A stretch of DNA of 64,000 nt, from NCBI GenBank assembly GCA_002269645.1, contig NIVC01001642.1:7214-71213 (forward strand), read 5' to 3'. The stretch is from Macrostomum lignano (taxonomy: Eukaryota). The translations under genes and the position numbers were made by a program. Positions 24,511-35,139 of this stretch are shown here, piece after piece. Position 1 is the first letter of the stretch, and every line of letters starts with the position of its first letter. The notes under the pieces are model-generated. The model was not told where the DNA came from. It did no database searches and was given only the letters and a program-made list of their open reading frames with translations.

Positions 24511-26690
24511 AGGACGCAAAGGGAAGGCCCCTAGCGCGCACGCGTTCGCAGAACAGCTAGGTGGGAGGGGCAGGCAGCAGCAGCCTGAAGGATCAGCTCA
24601 AGCGCCTGCAGGTCAGCGATGAGGCAGTCCTAAAGGCAGTGGCCCAGCAGCATCTGACGGCGACGGCGCAGGGTATCTCTCAGGGACTTCCTGCGCGGGC
24701 CATCAGAGCGTTGGTCGGCAGGCGCTCCGGGTCCAGGGCTCGCTTTCGCAACTCGGTCAGCGGCACAGCCTCCATGCCGTACAGGAGGATCGGCTCGACG
24801 GCCGCGCGGAACAGGCGCACCTTCAGGTCGTCTCTGGCAGCTGAATTGAAGACGTTCCTGAGGAGGTGCGCGGCGCGCCATAGCCTGATTTCTTCTGTAG
24901 GAGACAATCGCATTGGGATTCATTACCAGGGCGCCGAGATACCGCGGAAGTCCTCGCACACCTCGATGCGGTCTCCATTGGGCAGCTTAAGGGTTGGGAC
25001 GGTATTCATGCCCACGTGCAGCGCCTCCGTCTTGTGAGCAATTACCAGCAGCCCAACACGGGCGCCCTCGTCGCAGAGCCTTGTGAGAGCTCGCTGGGCA
25101 GCCGCTGGAACGCGGCAGAGCAGTGCGATACGCGAGAGAGGGAAGCGAAACAGCAGGGTGTCTGGAGCTTCGGCGTGGGCCCAGCAAGTAGCTGTCATCC
25201 TCGCGGAGGGACCGACGAAGCACGTAGTGCATAACCACGGGGAAGAGCAGAGTAGCCAGCGTGTCACCCTGAAGGACGCCTGGGCTGGTGCCGAATTCTT
25301 CTGTGGGGCCATCGCTCGACATGACAAAAGCCCTGGAGTCGTGGTAGAGGTCAATCACCGCGCTCACCGCGCTCACCAGCGCAGCATGTGCGCCATAATG
25401 AGATAGAAGCCACGCCTGGACACCGAGTCAAACGCCTTGCGATCTAAGCGCCATCTGAGCGCCTGGGACACGCCTCCTTTGCCGGAAAAGACAGGCGGCT
25501 TCACTTCATCTGCGTCTATGCTCCAACGGCTTCCCGGACCAGCGAAGATCCATCCGTGACAGAAGCCCTTTACGACACTCTGGGCTGCATGCTTGATTCC
25601 ATCCCTGCTCGTGACGATCTATCATTGTTGCTGGTGACTTCAACTCGCCATCCAGTTTTATCCAGGCCAGAGATCTGATGGCTGTCAATGGCACCATGCG
25701 ACAGCGCTTCAGCAAGCTTCCAACTTTATTTGGCCCCAACGGGCGAACCACTCGGCTGAACTGGATTTTCTGCCCAACTGCCCTGAGGGTGCGCAGAGTC
25801 CTCAACATCCGCCCCGACTGCGTTCAATCTGATCACCGCCTGATGGCCTGATCTGCACTGGCAGAGACTCCCGCCTGCGCCACCTCACCCGCTCTGGGCC
25901 GACATGAGAAACCCGGACACGCGGCAGGCCTTCCTACTGCTTACCACTACTCCTGCTCTAGCCCAGTCCTTCGAGTCTTTCCATCACGCCGTCGAGGATG
26001 CTGCAGCGCTTCTCCCACGGAGACAGGCAAACCCTCCAAAGGCCCTGTGGGACCGCAATTGCATCATCTCCCAGGCAAGGCGGCATGTGCAGAGCACTGC
26101 TGCACTCCACGGCCGTGACAGCAACCAGGCCAGTGCGCTGCCAGGGACGAGCTGCAGTGCATCTACGCCCAGCGGACTGAAGCCTGCCTGCATCAAAGAA
26201 GCTGTGAGCGAAATCCAACTCGCCACTGACAACTGCCGCCATAGTGCTGCCTGGAGAGCCATCAACCAGCTGACTGGCAGGAAGCCCAGGCCTAACACCA
26301 TCGTTGGCGCTGATTCCACCGAGCACCGCAAGGCCCCGCTGGCCACCCACTACCGCGAGGTGCTCAACGCGCCCGCTCCAACTGCGCCTCTTCTGCCGAT
26401 CCCAGCTACTTCGCTCCAGCTCAGCCAGGCCCTTCAACACCGGCCCCATTACTGTAGGCGAAGTTGACCGAGCACTGAGGACCATGCGAGCTGATGCTGC
26501 CCGCTGGGGTGGACGCCGTCCCTCCCAGGGTCCTGAAGCTGCCCGAGCTCACCCCAATCTTCACCAACCTGCTGAACAAGCACTGCAGCCTTGGAGGCAA
26601 CGAGGCCGCCTCGTGCCCAGCCTCAACCAGCTGCTGCTGAGCTCCCAAAGCGGCTTCTACCCGGACAGGCTGACAGATGAGCAATTCACA
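24511..26690 (-). mobile_element. RTE-like non-LTR copy with an inverted 5' segment
   Basis: 24511 to about 25445 (minus) runs from RKAFDSV through GVLQGDTLA to the 3' end. About 25447-26690 (plus) runs from DRRLHFICVYAPTA (endonuclease) to QSGFYPDR.TDEQ. It is homologous to the 45940-48875 copy and decayed. Confidence 0.85.
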
Positions 26691-26903
26691 GTATTCCTTC
26701 ATCCATGACCGTAGCTACGAGTATGTACATTTTTATTTTTATTTTTTGTTTAACACGCGAAATTCCATATAGTCTTTGATGTAAAGCCAGAATGCCAATG
26801 GGAAGCGAAACTTGTTAGTCTTAATTAACGAACCCAAAACTTGTGTTTAGAATCAAGATCTTTCATTCCTCGACTTTGTCGTTTTTCGTTAAAAAGACCA
26901 ATA

Positions 26904-27492
26904 ATGGTAAGCGCTTAGCGCTCCTGTGACTAAACTGTATTGATGCTTGTCGTATGTCTTCCTTCATTGACGCAATCAGTTTCAGTTTCAGGCTCAGCAC
27001 AAGTTGCTGAAGAGATCAACAATATTTGCTGTCATCGTCATTCATCTATACTTGATAATTACGCCATCAAACAAAGCCTTAGGAAGACGAAGAGATCAAG
27101 AAGAGTTGACCTACTGCAAAGGCAAAATGCGCTGGTGGGTCATAGTCAGACAGAGGGTGACACTGTTCGCTAGCAACTTCGGCGGCGCCAAAGCTTACAT
27201 ATATTTCAACAGGATTTTGCCTCCCAGTGGCTTACTACAATGGCACAGTTATGAAATGAGACGCCATGTTGCTCCAAATATGGGCGCAGATGTGGTGTTC
27301 CTGGATAAAAATCACTACATAGTGCCAGCTTATAGCTACTATCGACTGCGTCGAATGGCCAGGCTTCGTAAAGGCTCATTCAACGAGATCAATGGTCACC
27401 TGCTGCTTGGTAGTCACGTTCACATGTACCACTACATGAGGTACGAATACACTACCGTAGACGGTGGCAGCTGTGGCGACACATTCACTTAG
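26904..27492 (+). CDS. Small secreted orphan protein B (ATG mini-exon 26904-26906 plus exon 26992-27492)
   Basis: The listed ORF lacks an ATG. ATG|GTAAGC, an 85-nt intron and TTTCAG|GCT give MAQHKLLKRSTIFAVIVIHLYLIITPSNKALG. Then CKGKMRWW...LLLGSH...DGGSC. Confidence 0.75.
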
Positions 27493-28977
27493 TTCTCTAG
27501 AGATTGAAGAGCTCAGACCAGCTCGTACTGTCTAAATTTCTTCTGGGAGTCTTTCTTGAGTGCGCTTTGAGTTATTCGCAAAAAATACATTTAGTATATG
27601 AAAATTCAAAACTTTCAATTTTATTAACTCATTTTTGGGTTTTGATTGTTAATTTTCATTTGATAAAAAACGGATCAGTTTGGAGACACTTCGATTTTGT
27701 AGCTACTAGTTGTGTCAGACTTTTGCTGATATTTGTAGAGATTCATTAAGTGTTACATTTAGTACTTATAATCTTATTATAGAAATAAGACCCCGTTTAT
27801 GACTTAGTCGAACGTTTTTTAAGATTCTCTGTAAATTCAAAGCGGAAATTCCAGCCTCTAATTGCAGTTGCAATCTCAATGCGGCGAACGCAAGGACTAC
27901 TCTAAGTAACATAGGCCCTCGAAATCTCTGCTACACTGCAGAGATAGGAGGTTTTAATTTTTTCAGCACAAACATATTGCTTTTGATAGGAGGCAGATCC
28001 AGTGTTCATCCTTTGATATGTTGTGCCTTTCTTATTGCTCTATCGATATTCATAAAGCTTTTCGTTCAGAAATAGTTTTAAAGGCAGCTTTCACCGGAAA
28101 AATACACTACGGAGATAAGAAATTTCACGATTTTCAACACTAAAACAGAGATTGGGTCTCTTAACAGTGTCAGAGAAAGTTCTAATCACACTATTTTGTG
28201 CCCCACATGCTGCTCTAACGACGCATTAATCGATTTTTCATGTTAAATTGGTCTGGTCATTATTTCAAATGTTTTTTAATTGATTTAGATTTAGAATTCC
28301 TTGGTTAACATGTTGCAGATTGTGCATTTTGTTCGAGAAAATCTTTTTTTTCTCACAAGGGAGTCAATTTTCTTACTGCCACATATTCTTACATGTACTG
28401 CTTCATTAAATTTGTGCAGGATCGAGGTCTGCGGTACCCTGACACAAAGCCTTCGGCGAATTCATTCAACAATAGCACTGAAGAAATTTTTGCTCATTCC
28501 GCTGACTGCTGAGTAGACGATCACACGGTGTGTTCAGCGGCCCTGACCTTCTAATCGTCAGGAATGTACACTATACTCTCTGTGGAGACTGGCCCTCATT
28601 GTTATAAAATGCACGAAAACCCCCAGGCGATTGTTGCCCTCCCCAGCATGAACACTTTAAATAAGTTATCTTCAGACACTCGTTAGATAAACAATGAAAA
28701 AGTAGCATATTTTTCGAGATTTTAAAATTAGAAACTTGCAAACTAGAATAAAGTACGGGTCTTTCGAAAAAATGCTGTGATGGTCAGAAGTTGTTGCAAG
28801 AAACTGAAATAATGTTATAGCAGTGAGAGCATTCAACTCAAACTATTTGTTTATGGCATTTCCCTACAAGCAAGATGAAGCAATCGGTTGAAGTTATTTG
28901 CTTAGTTAGATCAAATCGGAAGTTTAAATATTAGGAGACTATTGTCGTCATAATTAATCTTAGTAGCTTTTAGAAAC

Positions 28978-29463
28978 ATGGCACTGCGATCAAGCAGTTT
29001 GCTGCGAGCATTGCTGCTGCTCAGTCAAACATTCAGTTTTGCTTGGCCCACTGACACCTCAGTCAGGCATTGCAGAACGAATTCGCACTGGTTGAGATTT
29101 AACCTCATCAGCCTGGAGCTTTGGCCCGATCCGGCATCAATCTCGGCGCCAAAGGCGAGCCTGACCTATACAACATTATTCAAATGGAGCAGCCTTGACG
29201 ACAAGACCTACCTGAAATTGGAACACCTCCCACTGCCAGATCCAGCCGAGATCAACGGAGTGTACTATTTTAAGCTGAACCAACGACAATACAGATCGGT
29301 CAGAAGAAGTCTCGCCAACTTGACCGTCAGTTACAATTCGATGTCTGGGCAGGTGAATCGTTACCTGGAGTTCCCGATCGAAATCGGCAGTCAAAGATTT
29401 CAAAATTACTGGATTTCAATTATGTACTTTTCGGCATTTGGCGGTGTTTGTCCTCTCTGTTAA
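28978..29463 (+). CDS. Small secreted orphan protein C (161 aa)
   Basis: Signal peptide MALRSSSLLRALLLLSQTFSFA; CRTNSHWL...IEIGSQ...FGGVCPLC*. An acceptor-like TTTTAG lies 4 nt upstream of the ATG. Confidence 0.75.
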   Translation: MALRSSSLLRALLLLSQTFSFAWPTDTSVRHCRTNSHWLRFNLISLELWPDPASISAPKASLTYTTLFKWSSLDDKTYLKLEHLPLPDPAEINGVYYFKLNQRQYRSVRRSLANLTVSYNSMSGQVNRYLEFPIEIGSQRFQNYWISIMYFSAFGGVCPLC

Positions 29464-29732
29464 TTTTTTTGGGTTAACGCGCTCCATCCCGAGTGCTACT
29501 TAAAGTATATGACTTCTTTGCTGCAATCTGTAAACATACAATCGTATAGTCAGATATATCAGATATATGTTACAAGTCATTTCAACCCTCTGGGGGGCAC
29601 CAAAAGAAATTCACAAAACGTTCATTAAATAAGCTGCCAAGTTCTGAAGAATTTCTAAATAACTTAATAGTAGATTAGCAATGTCCTCATAAAGTTTAGC
29701 CATTGTCTTATTTGTCTGAATGCTTGAAATAT

Positions 29733-29882
29733 TGTAGCGGGTCGCCATCACAAACCCGAAATATCATAACTCCGAAAACCAAAATAGCGGTTTGCGTTGC
29801 TAACACTGCCGGAGTTATGATTTTTCGGGTTTATGATATTTGAGGTTTATGGTATTTCGGGTTTGTGATGGGCGTTGCTACA
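29733..29882. mobile_element. 150-bp palindromic MITE/hairpin element
   Basis: TGTAGCGGGTCGCCATCACAAACCCGAAATATCATAA pairs with TTATGGTATTTCGGGTTTGTGATGGGCGTTGCTACA. An extra arm fragment lies at about 29907-29930. Confidence 0.65.
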
Positions 29883-29962
29883 TGTAAATCGGTATTCGAA
29901 GTTGTGATTTTTCGGGTTTGTGATGCTCCCCATTGTTCTAGTTAAAAATCCATTTTCTGATG

Positions 29963-31871
29963 TCATTTCTGTGGTCTATCGCTCGTGATGATGTGGTGCT
30001 TTGTGTCATGTTTAACTTTGGTGGCCGGAGGTAGCCGCCCTCCTTCGACGTACGTGAAGGTGCTGCGGTAACGATCGATGAGTGCGCGTACACGAGGATC
30101 GCAGTGGTCTGGATACGCCAGCGACACGGCGAGTTCATCGAGGTCCACTGCGGTAACCGGCAGAGATGGCGTATGTAGTCTCGTTGTAGGGTCAACTAGT
30201 CGACGCCCCTTGCAGTCGACGATCAATTCGAAATGACTGAGGAAGTCGTACCCCAGGATAGGTTGCACGACGGATGCGACCAGGAACGTCCAGCGGAATT
30301 CACGACGGAGTCCTCGGATGTTGACGTCGAGCGAGATCTCTCCAGCGACCGGTATCGATGCACCGGTGGCGGTGGTCAGGCGAAATCCGGTCTCCTGAAG
30401 GTCCCGGTGGAATTGCTTCTGCGGAATTATCGACACTGCTGCGCCGGTATCGAGCAGGAACGGGTAGTACTTGCTGTCTATCTTGATATCCACCACCAGG
30501 AATTTCTTGCTCGCCGCCGGGGATGATGCACTGCTCACTGCGGCAGGTTGGGCAGTGCCCTCTAGTTTGACGGCTGACGTGTCGGAGAGGCTGACCTGGA
30601 CTGTGCAGGTGTCTTTTCGTGAGTACTCAGAATTCGCGGCCGCCTACCACCCAAGGCGGACGGGAAACGACACCACGGTCGGCAGGTAAGCGCGCGTTCA
30701 CCGTAGTAGATGTGGGCCCGGCAGACGACCGGACGCTGTCCTGGCTTGAACGGGGTGACGCTTGTCTGTGGCTGCAGTTGTCGGCGTGGCGGTTCGTCCC
30801 GTCTGGAGTTGATAGTCGGCGGTGGCGTCGGCTGTACAGCGCTGACTGAGCTCGCCGAGCTCTGGTAGCTGACCATGAAATCAGCGATTTCAGCGAGCTT
30901 ATCTGGCGATTCCTGCTGGAAGCCTGATAGTGCGACTCGTAGCTCACTGGGCAGGCAGCGGATGAGAGTCGCCTTGAGCATGTCGGAGCAGGAGCCCATG
31001 CCGCACTGAGCCATCTTGGCGCTGAGCTTCTTGACGAAGATTGAGGGCTTGTCGCCACCTAGATCGGACGTGGCCAGGATCTCGTTGATCTTCTCCTGCT
31101 GACTCTTCTGCAGAAGGTTGGAGATGGCGGCTTTAAGCGGCTCGTACTGTCGAGGCGTTGATGTCGTGATCAGCATCGACGAGATATCCTCCGGCAGGTG
31201 CGCAACCAAGTAGTGGTACTTGGTCTCGTCCGAAGTTATGCGCGCTAGGTGGAATTGCGACTCTAGGGTCCGGAACCAAGCTTCCGAATTGTTCCGGTAC
31301 AGCGGCGGAACCTTAACGGACACGGCGGACACGCTTGGCTCAAGTATCGGTGGTGTATGTTGAACAGGTAGCTGCCCAGTGGGGTTGAGCACCGGGGCCT
31401 GGTTGTTGTCGGCGGCTGCTGCGGCCTGCTGCGATAGCTGCGGATCGCTTTCGTCGGCCATGACGACTCACCGGACCAGTTGTAGCGACTGTAAAATGAA
31501 AAAGGTAGAGCTAGGCGGTGGTTCGCCCTTGTTTGCTTCTTTGTTTGGCACTTGAGTTTCTCGAATATCCAAAGAGGCTTGGAGCAGATGCTGGTTTAGC
31601 TACTGTATATTTATACTTAATTGACCTTCCGGAAATTTCTAGAATCATTTTAGTGCGGTAAAACAAACTGTATAGTAAGTATCGTACGTACGGTATTCAT
31701 ATTTTGTATGATGATGAATTACAGTAAATAAATATTTATTGAGTAGAAATATTTACTACGAGATTAGAAATAGCTAGATAAAGAATATTCTAGAATTTAA
31801 CTGGTACTGTATTGCAGAAATTTCGGGAAGTAAACATCATACGGTATAGAACTTTCGCGAAGGTCACTACA
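29963..31871 (-). mobile_element. Ty3/Gypsy LTR retrotransposon (CsRN1-like), 5' LTR plus gag plus protease, truncated at the start of RT
   Basis: Gag (31461-30562) has VSVKVPPLY...EAWFRTLESQF...ITSDETKYHY and a CHCC-type knuckle CRAHIYYGERALTCRPWC. The protease has FLLDTGAAVSII, and pol ends at KHHIITSD. No 3' LTR in the window. Confidence 0.92.
31481..31871 (-). repeat. 5' LTR (391 bp) of the Gypsy element
   Basis: Termini TGTAGTGAC...GTCGCTACA on the minus strand, followed by AC-TGGTCCGGTG (PBS position) and the gag ATG. Confidence 0.8.
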
Positions 31872-32061
31872 GTTACACAGTCAATAAGCAATATTAAGTG
31901 AATATCATTAATAACTTTAAACATTTAACTATACCTTTACCAGTTTTGTGATGCCGTATGCAGTTAAGCGCTGCGTTACCCTTAGGTTAGCAATAAAGGT
32001 TTAGTACAATAGCAGAATCTTCAACAGATAAACAAGACAACAGCACTATAACAAAAGTTCA

Positions 32062-32368
32062 CCAACACTTTAGTTCCCCAGCACTTTAGTTCCCCAGCAC
32101 TTTAGTTCCCCAGCACTTTAGTTCCCCAGCACTTTAGTTCCCAGCACTTTAGTTCACTTTAGTTTAGTTCACCAACACTTTAGTTCCCCACTTTAGTTCA
32201 CCAGCACTTTAGTTCCCCAGCACTTTAGTTCCCCAGCACTTTAGTTCACCAGCACTTTAGTTCACCAGCACTTTAGTTCACCAGCACTTAGTTCCCCAGC
32301 ACTTTAGTTCACCAGCACTTTAGTTCACCAGCACTTTAGTTCCCCAGCACTTTAGTTCCCCAGCACTT
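32062..32368. repeat. 16-bp tandem repeat (CACTTTAGTTCCCCAG)
   Basis: About 19 head-to-tail units. Confidence 0.95.
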
Positions 32369-32745
32369 ATCGTGTCAAAAGCAAGTAGTGCAAGGAGCAG
32401 TGCAAGTCCCAATGCAAATCCAGAGTGAAAAAAACACTTTTGCCAGCATTTCCACCGGTAGATATTCGACATTTATCCGCGCTTTTTGAGATATTGAGCA
32501 ACACATGAGGATCTGACATGGAGTAGTTCGTATGCAGATTTTAGGAAAATCAATTTCTTTGAACCATGAGCTCTATAGCATTGGGACACTCAGATAAAAA
32601 GTATCTGGACTTTTTACCATTACGCCATATACTCGTAATGGAGCATTGGGGTGGCAAAGTGCCAAAATGACAAAGAAAAAGTCGAAAGCTACCGTCAATA
32701 AAATAGTTTTCATTGAAACAGTTAGTTATTTACCTGTTAGCGCAG

Positions 32746-33450
32746 TTATTTCAAGCAGATTGGACACAAGCCACCTTTTCTTGTATGGTATGTGTAGGAC
32801 ATATTCTTAATGCTTACAGTGTGATAACCAAGAAATATCTTCACTTTCATTCTGACCACTTGACCGGACCAATCAATCAGCGAGATTCGCGCGTAACTGT
32901 ACGCCAGAACAAAGAAAATATTTTTCTTGCCGTTCATAAGTGTCCAACCATTGAAAGAGCGCTTTTGTTCCAGACGCATTCGCTGCTTGGTGTAGCGCAC
33001 CAACGTCAGTGTGGAGTGCCTGTCGTCGTTCTGATTTGAAACTTCATAAAACTCCACGTAAGCTGCATCCGTATAGGAAATTTTGGATTTAACGTAGAGA
33101 ACATGCGCAACGAGCATCCAATATTCGGTACCATCCTCACAGATCTCGTGCCCCAGAACATAACTAGCCGGCAGCAAGATGGACTGAGATACAATGATTG
33201 CCACCAGTATACGGAGTATTGTGATCATGGGCGACGACATCTGGGTGGATTGGTAAAACAATGGGTGGCTTATTGCCTATGCGCGTGAAGCTTTGAGGTA
33301 ATGTCAGGCTATTTTAGTACATCGGCATGCGTTTATTGTCGAGTTTCAGGCTTATGGTAGACTATGGCATGTTGTTGAATCGTTAATACTTGTTAGACTT
33401 TGTTCTGAATTTCTATTATTCTGCAACAGACAGAAGAGAAAACTTACCAT
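32746..33450 (-). CDS. Small secreted orphan protein D (ATG mini-exon 33450-33448 plus exon 33240-32746)
   Basis: ATG|GTAAGT, 207-nt intron, CCCAG|ATG in phase 0. Signal peptide MITILRILVAIIVSQSILLPASYVLG; CEDGTEYW...IFLGYH...KGGLCPICLK*. Confidence 0.75.
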
Positions 33451-33753
33451 CGCAAACAGCGGCACTGACCCTGGGTGTGTCTAAAAAGCCTAAGCATTGC
33501 TGATTCCTTAGCGTTGGTTTCTTTTAGAAGTTTACCCATAGAACATGTAACTTCAGCGCGTTTTTCCAATCTACTCTAATCTGCTACATGGCAGGTGATT
33601 CCTTTAAATTTCAATCAAAAGTCTAATTTAAATTATAATTGAAAATGAAACTATAATTTAACAAAAGGCGAAAACTTTATTTTGTAAATGAAGGAACAAC
33701 TGAGGGAACGTAAAAGCAAGTTAAAATTCAATCCTTGCCAACAATACCAAGGA

Positions 33754-35139
33754 TCACGTGAACACTCGAAGCAAAAACTCCACCCTGTTGCCTTCAATCA
33801 GGGTCTCAATGCGAGGAATGACAACATAATCGCCAGGTCGCAGACTTGCTCTTGAAACAAATTGTCTTTCCAACTCCGTTCCCGTGAATCGCATCAAAGG
33901 TTCGCCTTCGGGCAACTTTCCCGGATAAATTTCAATGATTTTCTTGGCGAATTCCGAGCCATCAGGGTACAGATGGCGTCGTTCGCCCTCTTCCAAACTG
34001 ATAATGACGTACGCCGACCCATCCGGATTTGCTGACGCACCGGAAACGGTAAAGCTGAAGCGGTCGTCATGATAGAACTCATCTGGACCCTGGTTCATTG
34101 TCCACGCTCCGTAGACCTTCTTGCCAGTCCACTCTGACCCGGTCACGCCGCAGTCTAAATTTCTGGCCAAATGAAGAATTTGAACGGACTCAAACATTCG
34201 CACGAAATCAGACAACTCAATTGTAGTTTCACCTTCTGTAGCATTGGCTTGCAACTGGTACCAGTCGGATGACAAGCGGGTATATTCTTGATCTAGCAAA
34301 GCTCTTCTATAATCCAAAATCTTCACAACATCGATTGAACTGCCGTCCCGTGGAACCTGAGCAGTGCCGCTAATAATATAATGGCCTCCTGGCGGCAGAT
34401 CGGGCAATTTTTTCATGCATTTTTCAGCGTCATCGCTGCTTTCATTGCGTGCACAGAACGCTTCAACGATCAGTTCCCGTTTTAAAGCTGACTGCAATAT
34501 TTTCAGTAAATCGTCCACCTTGATTTCTCTTACATAGATCTCTTCGCAAACTCCACCAGTGAGTAGTGGCAATAGCTCTAACGATGCGCAAGTTGGTACA
34601 TCTTCGTATGAGCCGAACAGCTTAGCAAAAGCCTTCTCGAGTAGGCACAGCCAGAACTGGCCACGGTGAGTTCCGGAAAACGCTAGTTCCCCGTTTATAG
34701 TAGGGAGCCGATCGTCAATAGTGAGCTCAAATTCTTGGCCAAATTGGCGAAAGATGAAGCGAACAGAGCCGTCATAGTTCTTGCCGTGCAGTGTCTGACC
34801 CGGTGGAATAACGCTGTGTAAGAGGTCCTGCCGATTTCCGATTTGGGCTAGACATAGTAATAAGCAATAGTTGGCACTTTGACCTCTGACGTTCGCGTTG
34901 AATCCCGACCCGACGTTAACGTCTCCGACCTCGAACAGTAGTGCTGTGCCATTTCCGGTCATTTCGTGCGGCCTTAGCCAGACTAAAGGTTTAGAATGGT
35001 ATCTTCCTGATGTCGAATGGGCCTGATGCTCATCATCCTGTCCAGCATGTACAGAACTGTAATCGGCTGGAAATTCCGAATCTTTAAGCGGCTTTTCTCC
35101 GGGTTTCAGCTTTTTAAACGCTTTGAAAAGTCTCTTCAT
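33754..35139 (-). CDS. Calpain-like protein (CysPc plus domain III), intact 461-aa ORF, canonical triad not conserved
   Basis: DSEFPAD, TIDDRLP, CLLEKAFAKLFGSYE, LTGG, PGDYVVIP...EFLLRVFT align with the 22461 calpain. The catalytic segments read RGQSANYCLL, GGHY and KILDY. Confidence 0.9.
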   Translation of the reverse strand: MKRLFKAFKKLKPGEKPLKDSEFPADYSSVHAGQDDEHQAHSTSGRYHSKPLVWLRPHEMTGNGTALLFEVGDVNVGSGFNANVRGQSANYCLLLCLAQIGNRQDLLHSVIPPGQTLHGKNYDGSVRFIFRQFGQEFELTIDDRLPTINGELAFSGTHRGQFWLCLLEKAFAKLFGSYEDVPTCASLELLPLLTGGVCEEIYVREIKVDDLLKILQSALKRELIVEAFCARNESSDDAEKCMKKLPDLPPGGHYIISGTAQVPRDGSSIDVVKILDYRRALLDQEYTRLSSDWYQLQANATEGETTIELSDFVRMFESVQILHLARNLDCGVTGSEWTGKKVYGAWTMNQGPDEFYHDDRFSFTVSGASANPDGSAYVIISLEEGERRHLYPDGSEFAKKIIEIYPGKLPEGEPLMRFTGTELERQFVSRASLRPGDYVVIPRIETLIEGNRVEFLLRVFT

